A DNA stretch of 33,568 bases from a bacterium (GTDB lineage: Bacteria; Acidobacteriota; Blastocatellia; Pyrinomonadales; Pyrinomonadaceae). Shown here piece by piece: positions 8,298-16,349 of the stretch (position 1 is its first letter; every line of letters starts with the position of its first letter). The position numbers were made by a program, and so were the translations under genes. The stretch covers positions 1 to 33,568 of the forward strand of contig JBDUCB010000332.1 of the NCBI GenBank assembly GCA_040003695.1. The letters run 5' to 3'. The notes under the pieces were generated by a model, which was given only the letters and a program-made list of their open reading frames with translations, was not told the origin of the DNA and did no database searches.

Positions 8298-9440
8298 GTG
8301 GCGATGAGCATAAAAGAAATCAAAACTAGTCATAATCTACTGGACGAGATCGCAATCCTTTCCTCGCGTGGCGAGAGCGGACGGCTCCAGATCATAGCGG
8401 GATCAAGTCGAGGGGCATTCTTCTTCAGGCAGGGTAAGCTTGTGGACGCACGCATGGGTCCTTTCACAGGGGTTCCAGCGATCAACCTGGCGATTTCCAT
8501 GGGAGAAACTCATCTTAGCTTCGACCCCTTAATCCAGCCACCAACTTCAACTTTTAAACTACAAGACGAACGAACTCTCGTTAAAGAACGTTTTGGCATT
8601 GATACATATGAAGCAGAGGAGGCCGAACATCAATCCATCGTAGATGAAGCTGGAGATAACCTGGTCGACCCCAATCTCGAAGCAACGTTGCCTGAGAAGA
8701 CCGCAACCGTCCCCGCAAACGATCAACCAATCAGAGAATCCCACGATTTCAAAGAAGCATTCTATGCGTCAGTCGGGACGAATCAATTTTTGGCCCAGCG
8801 TGTCGCGCTGCCTTCAATGACGCAACCTCAGACGTCTAATAATATTCTGGTGGCCGATTCTGTGCCTTACCGGGTTAGGTTGAAGCAATCCCTCACGAAT
8901 CATGTGGGCTGGAAATTCGCTCGCAGGGCAAGTGTAATTCTCCTACTTCTTATCCTCGCCGCGATTGTCACTGCTTCGTATTGGAAGGGGAAGCGGATAC
9001 TACCGAGAGAGGCCGTGCGTGCGCCCATAGCCGAACCGTCGTTCGCTCCCACCCCATCCAACAATGCGGGCGGGAGCAGACCATCCACGCAAACGGTGCG
9101 AGAGGAGCCCTCACCATTCACGCCCAACAGTGAACGGCGGATAAAGGTTGAGGAAACTACTCCGGCCGAGGCTCGAGGCCGTAACATCAAAGCAATTACA
9201 AAGGCCGCGCCAAAGGTTACGCCTCCAGAGAGCAAGCCGGCATCTAAGCCTTCTTCGCGGACGGTTGCGGTGGTGCTACAAATTGAGCAGGGACACGTGA
9301 CTGAGGCGTACATACAAAACCCTCAGGTTGGTTTGGGAGCCTACGAAGCTACAGCGCTGCGTATTGCGCGTGAGCGTCGCTACCCAAAGGATGCCAAGCT
9401 CAGGGAAACTGTAATCTTGCGGGTGACTCCGGAACGATAA
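8298..9440 (+). CDS. DUF4388 (PATAN-like) domain, one TM, TonB_C-like C-terminal domain protein
   Basis: N-terminus LLDEIAILSSRGESGRLQIIAGSSRGAFFFRQGKLVDA...INLAIS follows the DUF4388 pattern. TM segment is VILLLLILAAIVTASYW, followed by a Pro/Ser-rich linker. C-terminus VAVVLQIEQGHVTEAYIQNP...ATALRIARERRYP is TonB_C-like. Start is GTG 8298 or ATG 8304. Confidence 0.7.
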   Translation: MAMSIKEIKTSHNLLDEIAILSSRGESGRLQIIAGSSRGAFFFRQGKLVDARMGPFTGVPAINLAISMGETHLSFDPLIQPPTSTFKLQDERTLVKERFGIDTYEAEEAEHQSIVDEAGDNLVDPNLEATLPEKTATVPANDQPIRESHDFKEAFYASVGTNQFLAQRVALPSMTQPQTSNNILVADSVPYRVRLKQSLTNHVGWKFARRASVILLLLILAAIVTASYWKGKRILPREAVRAPIAEPSFAPTPSNNAGGSRPSTQTVREEPSPFTPNSERRIKVEETTPAEARGRNIKAITKAAPKVTPPESKPASKPSSRTVAVVLQIEQGHVTEAYIQNPQVGLGAYEATALRIARERRYPKDAKLRETVILRVTPER

Positions 9441-9491
9441 AAGCTGATACGACTCATCAAACCCCTCAATGTTATCAGCGGGGAACAATAT

Positions 9492-11429
9492 ATGAAGAAA
9501 TTGACATTATTGGTCTGGCTCTGCTGGGTTCTTTTTAGCTTCGGGCCGTTGGCCCACGCACAAGAAGCCACGATGCGCAAAACAACTCACACAAAAAGCA
9601 GCGACAGGGAACAAGATGGTTTGAATGGGCCGGTGCGTCGAGTGCGCGTTGAGACCTCAAAAATAGTCGTAAAGGATGGAACGCCGACTGAAGGACCGAG
9701 AGTAGTGCGGGGAATTACAACCTACGATATTAACGGCCACAAGATTGATTCCGTCGCGCATCCGGTAGAAGGTAGCGCACCGATAGGAAAAGAACAGTAT
9801 CGCTATGATAACAAGGGTAATATTACAGAGATGGTTGTGCGCGCCGACGATGGATCGATTCTTAGCAAAGAGATATATCAATACGAATTTGACGAACTGG
9901 GAAACTGGAGAAAGATGACTACCTCTGTGGCAGTCTACGAAAACGGCACGCTCAGCGTCGAACCGGTGGAAGTCACTTTTCGAATGATTACCTATTACTA
10001 CGCCAACGCCATTAATAAAATAATGGCCTCGACATCGCAGCCCAGTTCTGTTTCAGCGCCCTCGCCACCTCTCATTTCCCGGGAAAGAATCTCGGGTTTG
10101 CAATCGACTGGGACGGTCACCGCAGCAGGCGAATCAACCACAAACAATAAAGAGACGGCGACCGTAGCAGTGCACAGAACTGATAACAGCATATCCGGGA
10201 ATAAGACTGCGAGTATCCCGTCCTCGTCTTTGCCAGACAATATTACAGCCGCTAAGAACGGCTCCAAGGCTGCCGAAACGGCATCTGCTTCCTTTGAAAC
10301 ACCGCCTGTCTCACCCGGTAACGTGCCCTTAAACCATATCTCAGAAGCAGCGCTGCGAACTGCCGCCATTCTGCTGCCGCAACCAGAACTCCCATCAGCA
10401 GCCGAGCTTAACGGACAGAACGGCAGAGTGGAGGTTCAAATAGTTATCGACGAGCAAGGCCGAGTAACGAACGTTAAAGGTGCGTCCGCTAATCAGCTTC
10501 TAAACAAAGCAGCTGAAGCGGCCGCGCTCAAGGCGCGCTTCTCTCCGGTCAAACTTTCTCCGACACCAGCAAGGCTCTTGGGCGTGATTACTTATTATTT
10601 TGCGCCGTCGAGCAAAAGCATGCCGGCCGTCCTGCCCTCGAGCCAGTCCGCAATGAAAAACCAAGTGGCGACTGTCCCCAAACGAGAAGAATCAAATTCG
10701 AACTCGCATACCGTTGCCTTGTCAGGTACTAACTCGGATGCTTCATCGGTAGTACCACGCGCTCCTTCTTCGGAAGAGTCCGGCCTCTTTTACAAGGAAG
10801 GACTCACATACCTTACAGCGCGCCGTTATACCGAAGCTGTCGGTGCACTTCGCCGAGCAGTCCTCCGCGATCCACAAGACGCGCTGGCCTATATCAAGCT
10901 CGGTTTAGCATATTCAGCACTTGGCCAGGATAAGGAGACCATTGCCGCGTTGAAGGTCGCTATTCGCCTTAATACACAGCTTGTAGGCGCGGAAGATTTT
11001 TACCGATTGGGCGAGGCATACACGGGGTTAGGTAAGCATTCGGAGGCGCTGGAAGCTTTTCAGCAAGCAATGTACAGCACCAGGGCTCAAGCGGAATCAG
11101 ATGGAAGCGAGATCCGTCAATCGCCCACGCTTGCCGAGTTGCACTACGGTCTGGGACTGGCCTACAACAACTTGAGCCGTCAGAAGGCTGCCGTAGAGGA
11201 ATTGAAGCAGGCCATCATTCTCGATCCAGGCTTCGCCAAAGCCTATTTTGGTCTGGCCCTGGCTTATATCGGACTCGGCGATTGGAATTCGGCACAAAAG
11301 CAAGAGCGCGTTCTCCGTTCTTTGAGTACCTCCTTAGCTGATCAGCTTGCCGGGGTCTTTGCCAAAGTTCGTAACGTAACAGCGGCCACACACACGGGCG
11401 TCACCATTGTAATCGGAAGGCGTCCCTAA
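9492..11429 (+). CDS. Secreted protein with a TonB_C-like domain and C-terminal TPR repeats
   Basis: Signal peptide MKKLTLLVWLCWVLFSFGPLAHAQ. TonB_C-like GRVEVQIVIDEQGRVTNVKGASANQLLNKAAEAAALKARFSP. TPR-type repeats such as AYIKLGLAYSALGQDKETIAALKVAIRLN and AYFGLALAYIGLGDWNSA. Confidence 0.85.
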   Translation: MKKLTLLVWLCWVLFSFGPLAHAQEATMRKTTHTKSSDREQDGLNGPVRRVRVETSKIVVKDGTPTEGPRVVRGITTYDINGHKIDSVAHPVEGSAPIGKEQYRYDNKGNITEMVVRADDGSILSKEIYQYEFDELGNWRKMTTSVAVYENGTLSVEPVEVTFRMITYYYANAINKIMASTSQPSSVSAPSPPLISRERISGLQSTGTVTAAGESTTNNKETATVAVHRTDNSISGNKTASIPSSSLPDNITAAKNGSKAAETASASFETPPVSPGNVPLNHISEAALRTAAILLPQPELPSAAELNGQNGRVEVQIVIDEQGRVTNVKGASANQLLNKAAEAAALKARFSPVKLSPTPARLLGVITYYFAPSSKSMPAVLPSSQSAMKNQVATVPKREESNSNSHTVALSGTNSDASSVVPRAPSSEESGLFYKEGLTYLTARRYTEAVGALRRAVLRDPQDALAYIKLGLAYSALGQDKETIAALKVAIRLNTQLVGAEDFYRLGEAYTGLGKHSEALEAFQQAMYSTRAQAESDGSEIRQSPTLAELHYGLGLAYNNLSRQKAAVEELKQAIILDPGFAKAYFGLALAYIGLGDWNSAQKQERVLRSLSTSLADQLAGVFAKVRNVTAATHTGVTIVIGRRP

Positions 11430-11725
11430 TCCGAAAGTACAAGTTTACACCGGCGATGTCGCTATTCTCAGTTACAACTACGTCGGTTTGACGAAGGACA
11501 AGAATGCCAAGACAGAACCTAGTTCGTGGAGTGTTGACTCGCGTCAATAAGAAGCAAAACAGAAAGTGGATGCTGATCCATGCCAACTTCGGCGCCGACC
11601 CGCTACCTAAAATAATCAACGTACATTTGGTTGAGAGAAAACATTTGCCATGTAAACTGTTTCTGAGTTAAAAGCACTAGTTCGCGACAAGCTTTTCCGC
11701 TTCTTGATTCATTCTTACGGCCTAA

Positions 11726-14700
11726 TTGCCTCCCAGACTTTTTGAGAAAGCTGCTTACGTGACACAAATCACCTTCGCCGAAGAAATTCAGGGACGGCAA
11801 CAGAACGAGACCAGTTATAACCAGCCGTTGATAGCTGTAGGGCGCAACCCTGCGACCTGTCAGATTGTTTTTAATCAAAAACAATGGCCAACGGTTTCTC
11901 GGCAGCATGCTGAATTCCGGTTACAGAATGACCGCTGGTTGGTGTCAGACAGCGGTTCCACCTACGGTACATTTCTCGACGGGCAGCTGCTCAAAGAACC
12001 TGCGGCGCTAAGCGTGAATTCGCGAGTCCAATTCGGATCTGGTGGACCCGTCCTGGTGGTCATCAGAATGGGACAGAAAATGACGGGAATGGAAACGCTG
12101 GCGGAATCGCCCCGTCCATCTCCGTCGTTACCTCCTCGTCAAACATCAGCTTCACCAGCACCGAGTCTTCAATCAGCCCCACACAAGCAGCCTACTGGAA
12201 CAGCTCAGCGCAAGCCCGGCGAGCCTGCCTTTGCGGAATTGTCGGGTGCTGGAACGGGGAGCCTGAGGAGGATCGAACTCAACAAAGAACTCACTCGTTT
12301 CGGCCGCGATGCTGCGGTGGAGGGGGCAATTGACGCTGCCGCAGCGATGGTATCGCGCCGTCATGCCGAAATTCGAAGGCTGAATGGAAAGTACATACTG
12401 GTTGATCTTGGCAGCTTTAACGGAACGCTGCTTAACGGGCGGCGAATTGCCGCACCCGAGGTGCTCCAGCACGACGATAGAGTCGAACTGGGTTCTGGCG
12501 GTCCGACAATCCGGTTTGTTGATCCAGCTAACCCGGTGCCACGGCCGGCGCAGCAGCCTGCTCAATACGTTGATATCGTGGCCCCGGAATTGGTACCGGT
12601 GGTCTCAACTTCGAACAAGATGGGAACCATGGTGCTTGGTTCAGGGACGCCCCTGCAGATCAGCCATGCCAGTGTCGCGGATCGACCGCAGGTTTTTATT
12701 GAACAAGCATTTGGCAATAGCGGACAACTCACTATCGGCCGCAGCGAGGATTGCAATATTCGGCTCGATGGTCTCCTGATATCCAACCGGCATGCTTCGG
12801 TTTTTAATACCACTGCGGGTGTGGCGATCGAGGACCTGGGTTCATCAAACGGCACTTACATCAATGGCCAACGCATCACCGGTCGTAAATGGATCAAGCC
12901 GGAAGATCTGGTACAGATTGGCCCTTTTCTACTGAGAGTGCATCCGCAAAGGGGCGTCGCTGTCTTTGACAACCGGGCCAAGACGCGCATTGATGTTTTC
13001 CAGGTTACGAAGGAAGTACCAAACCGCTCAGGCCCAGGGAAGGTCAGGCTTTTAGACGAAGTGTGTTTGAGCATTCAGCCGAACGAGTTTGTCGGGATGC
13101 TGGGTCCATCGGGTGCCGGCAAGTCTACTCTAATGGACTCGCTCAACGGGATGCGCCCCGCATCTAGTGGCCAGGTTTTGGTGAACAATCTGGATCTTTA
13201 TCATCACCTCGAGTCGCTCAAGCAGTCGATCGGCTATGTGCCCCAGGACGATATCATTCACCGCGAATTGACTGTCTATAGCACGCTCTATTACGTGGCG
13301 CGCTTAAGACTGTCACGGGATATCTCGAGAAAAGAAATTAATCAGATCGTAGGTGAAGTGATGGACGTTACCGGACTTTCTGAACGGCGCGACGTTCCCA
13401 TCTCCCAACTTTCAGGCGGCCAACGCAAGCGTGTCTCCATCGCGGTGGAACTCATTACGAAACCGTCAGTCATCTTCCTCGACGAACCGACTTCCGGTCT
13501 CGACCCGGCGACAGAAGAAAAGGTCATGAAGCTTTTCCGCCAGATAGCCGAATCGGGCAGAACAGTAATTCTGACTACTCACGCGATGGAAAACGTCAAG
13601 CTCTTTGACAAGGTTGTTCTCCTGATGCGGGGCAAACTCGTCTTCTACGGTAAGCCATACGAGGCCCTCGCCCATGTGGGAGCTGAAAGCTTTAAAGACC
13701 TCTACGACAAATTGGAAGCGCCCATCAGTGAGCGCCTCGCAAAGACCAACGGGCAAATATCCAGGGAGCAGGCTGCTGAAGCAGTGGCGGAAGAATGGAA
13801 ACTCCGCTTCATGCAAACCGAGCAATTTGAAAGGAACGTCGCGGATCCGCTGACAGAAGTTTCGAGTACGCCGCGTCAGGCGGCGCCGGCGAAGCGGCGA
13901 ACAACACTTGGCGATTCGCTCCGACAGTGGGCCACGCTCTCGCGGCGGTATTTGGGCGTATTGGCCCGTGACAAGTTTAACCTACTCATACTTTTTGCTC
14001 AGGCGCCGATCATCGCGCTACTCACGTATTTGGTTGTTGGCGCTAACTCCCAGCGAGATTTCCCCTATTTTATCCTGGCGCTGGTTGCACTTTGGTTTGG
14101 CACATCTGTCGCTTCAAGAGAGGTCATTCGCGAACGGGCTGTCTATAACCGTGAGCGCATGGTCAATCTGCGGCTATTGCCTTACGTAGGTTTGAAACTT
14201 TTTGTGCTGATGATGATCGTGAGCTTTCAATGTCTTCTGCTCTTCGGCACGCTGAAACTGCTTGATGTTACAACGCTGATGAGTATGCCTGGTAAGTTTG
14301 GTGGCATTCCGCAACTGCTCGTCATGATTCTAACCGGGATGGTTGGTATCGCACTGGGTCTGTTTATTTCAGCAGTAGTAAAAACATCTGAGATGGCGAC
14401 GAGTCTTGTGCCGCTGATTTTGATACCACAGATTCTGTTCTGTGGCCTGGTTGGGGTTCCGGTTGGTTCGGCCAAAGTTGTCGGCGTCGTGATGCCGGCC
14501 ACTTGGTCATTTGATGAAATGAAACGTTTGTCAGGTCTCGATGTGCTGCGTGGTAAGGACGAGAATGCTCAGCCGGCCGCAAAGAATGAAGGGCGCGGGC
14601 TCTACAAGCAGATTGAACATGAGAACGATGCAAACATTGTGGATGCCAAGGCGAGAATCAACCAATACAAGTCCGACGCCGAAAAAGACTCAAAAGACTT

Positions 14701-14950
14701 TGAAAAGGCTATGGACCAATATCAGAAAGACCTCTTGAACAGAGGCTCTCCTACGAAACCAACTGCACCCAAACTCGGGCCTGCTCCGAAAATAGCTGAG
14801 GCAACTCGCATCCCAGACAATCTGAGCAATTCCGTCGATTTCTTACATCCATGGGGCGGACATTTGACCAATCTTGGAGTGCTCTTGACGATGCTCTTAA
14901 TCTTTCTCGGCGCTACCGGGATTGCTTTACGTGCTCAGGATATTGGCTAG
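11726..14950 (+). CDS. Triple-FHA domain, ABC ATPase and ABC-2 permease fusion (ABCG-type half transporter)
   Basis: Three FHA cores: VGRNPA..SRQHAEF..DSGSTYGTFLDG; FGRDAA..SRRHAEI..DLGSFNGTLLNG; IGRSEDC..SNRHASV..DLGSSNGTYING. Walker A GPSGAGKST, signature LSGGQRKR, Walker B IFLDEPTSGLD. Six predicted C-terminal TM segments. Start is ambiguous (TTG 11726 or GTG 11759). Confidence 0.92.
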   Translation: MPPRLFEKAAYVTQITFAEEIQGRQQNETSYNQPLIAVGRNPATCQIVFNQKQWPTVSRQHAEFRLQNDRWLVSDSGSTYGTFLDGQLLKEPAALSVNSRVQFGSGGPVLVVIRMGQKMTGMETLAESPRPSPSLPPRQTSASPAPSLQSAPHKQPTGTAQRKPGEPAFAELSGAGTGSLRRIELNKELTRFGRDAAVEGAIDAAAAMVSRRHAEIRRLNGKYILVDLGSFNGTLLNGRRIAAPEVLQHDDRVELGSGGPTIRFVDPANPVPRPAQQPAQYVDIVAPELVPVVSTSNKMGTMVLGSGTPLQISHASVADRPQVFIEQAFGNSGQLTIGRSEDCNIRLDGLLISNRHASVFNTTAGVAIEDLGSSNGTYINGQRITGRKWIKPEDLVQIGPFLLRVHPQRGVAVFDNRAKTRIDVFQVTKEVPNRSGPGKVRLLDEVCLSIQPNEFVGMLGPSGAGKSTLMDSLNGMRPASSGQVLVNNLDLYHHLESLKQSIGYVPQDDIIHRELTVYSTLYYVARLRLSRDISRKEINQIVGEVMDVTGLSERRDVPISQLSGGQRKRVSIAVELITKPSVIFLDEPTSGLDPATEEKVMKLFRQIAESGRTVILTTHAMENVKLFDKVVLLMRGKLVFYGKPYEALAHVGAESFKDLYDKLEAPISERLAKTNGQISREQAAEAVAEEWKLRFMQTEQFERNVADPLTEVSSTPRQAAPAKRRTTLGDSLRQWATLSRRYLGVLARDKFNLLILFAQAPIIALLTYLVVGANSQRDFPYFILALVALWFGTSVASREVIRERAVYNRERMVNLRLLPYVGLKLFVLMMIVSFQCLLLFGTLKLLDVTTLMSMPGKFGGIPQLLVMILTGMVGIALGLFISAVVKTSEMATSLVPLILIPQILFCGLVGVPVGSAKVVGVVMPATWSFDEMKRLSGLDVLRGKDENAQPAAKNEGRGLYKQIEHENDANIVDAKARINQYKSDAEKDSKDFEKAMDQYQKDLLNRGSPTKPTAPKLGPAPKIAEATRIPDNLSNSVDFLHPWGGHLTNLGVLLTMLLIFLGATGIALRAQDIG

Positions 14951-15018
14951 GTTAATAGGCGCGAAAGGCTTTGCACAGAAGGCCTACTTGGTCCAAATCT
15001 AAGACGCAGGAAATCACA

Positions 15019-15139
15019 AAGTCAGAACCGGGAGCAGTAGCGACCGGGTCTTGCAGAAAGCGATGAACTAGAATGCTCTTTTCGTCGAAGAATTTCTTAG
15101 TGCCATCAACCCGGTCGCTAGCGCTCCCGGTTCTGACTT
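15019..15139. repeat. 31-bp imperfect inverted repeat (29/31) with a 59-nt spacer; REP/MITE-like or large terminator hairpin
   Basis: AAGTCAGAACCGGGAGCAGTAGCGACCGGGT (15019-15049) against the reverse complement of ACCCGGTCGCTAGCGCTCCCGGTTCTGACTT (15109-15139). It lies 69 nt after the ABC stop. Confidence 0.8.
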
Positions 15140-15311
15140 CTCTACCATGCGTATCGCGTTCAATCGTTCGAACTTGGCAAAGCACGCTGGTTTTTGTGCA
15201 AAGCCGGGCGCGCAGCGCGTCGTGCCTATCCAATTCTCAACATTGACGTTGCTTGTCGCATGATGTACAAGCAGCGTGCAATCAAACACCAACAGGAGGA
15301 ACCACTCGATC

Positions 15312-16103
15312 ATGTTACGAAGCTTAACTGTCCCAAAAGTCTTGATGCTTGCGTTTTGCGGCTTCGCGGCGTTGGCATTAGCCACAACTACAACGACCAT
15401 CCCCAGCGCCGCTGCCGACTTTACAGGGCGCGAGATTCTAAGCGTCAGTCGCATCGCGCATGGCGGTGCTGACTATGCCAACATGCAAAATGTCACGGTC
15501 CAGGCCAGCGGTTTTGTGAACGCGGCCGCGTTTGGGGGGATAGGCGCCAATCCGCTGGGTGCCATGGCGGAGGTAAGACTTAAGATTACGGATTATCAGG
15601 ATAAGCTGATGCGCCGGAGACTTGATGTGGCGCCTAGCGCAACTCTTCCGGGCCGAACCTATTTGGTCTTTACCGGATCGCAGGGCGGGGGAATGATCTT
15701 CGGTAACGAGTTTCGCGTAAGTGAGACTGCAGCTTCGCGTCACTGGGGCATGATGGGTTTCGACACTCTCAATCGGGCCATCGAGGGCCAACTCGTCACG
15801 GCGCGGCAGAGAGATGAAGGCAATGATTACGTGGTGGAAGTTAAGTTTAATCCCCAAGACACTGTGCGTTACTGGATTAACATGCAGACTTTCTTGATCG
15901 ATAAAATCTCTACGCGCTACAACAGCCAGGTCCTTATTGAAGAGGAACGCAGCGATTATCGCCGAGCCGATTGCATGATGTTGCCCTTCCACATTGTCAC
16001 GCGTCTGCAGGGCCAGCGTTTCGCCGATCTCGCGATCGAGAACTACGATTTAAAAAGCAGAGTTCCCGCGGCAACCTTCACCATCACCACGGTCACCCCG
16101 TAG
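15312..16103 (+). CDS. Secreted hypothetical protein, possibly a LolA-like / outer-membrane lipoprotein-sorting fold
   Basis: AGGAGGA at 15294-15300 and ATG at 15312. Signal peptide MLRSLTVPKVLMLAFCGFAALALA. The overall pattern (AHGG...; SDYRRADCMMLPFHIV; final FTIT) resembles LolA-like sorting proteins. This is a weak call by eye. Confidence 0.7.
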   Translation: MLRSLTVPKVLMLAFCGFAALALATTTTTIPSAAADFTGREILSVSRIAHGGADYANMQNVTVQASGFVNAAAFGGIGANPLGAMAEVRLKITDYQDKLMRRRLDVAPSATLPGRTYLVFTGSQGGGMIFGNEFRVSETAASRHWGMMGFDTLNRAIEGQLVTARQRDEGNDYVVEVKFNPQDTVRYWINMQTFLIDKISTRYNSQVLIEEERSDYRRADCMMLPFHIVTRLQGQRFADLAIENYDLKSRVPAATFTITTVTP

Positions 16104-16349
16104 GAGCGCACGGGCGGCAATTTTGACCAAACTGCGTTTATTGCCGGGGCGCCTCATCCTTTGGGTGGGCACCAAAAGAGTTGACTGAGACTAAGTGGAA
16201 GTCGTTGTTTTCTTCTTAGATAATCTTCGCATACGACCGGCGTTCCTTCTCCCCACTGTTCAAGTTAGTGTGCGCGTGGTCCGTGAGGGTACACGAAGCA
16301 AGGACTTTGTTTCGCGCAAACGTAAGGGGCGCAGTTTGTGAGGACAACC

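Noticed and set aside
14952-15454. Minus-strand ORFs 14952-15233 and 15068-15454
   Set aside because: They consist largely of translated arms of the 31-bp inverted repeat and overlap the start of the LolA-like gene. There is no independent coding evidence.
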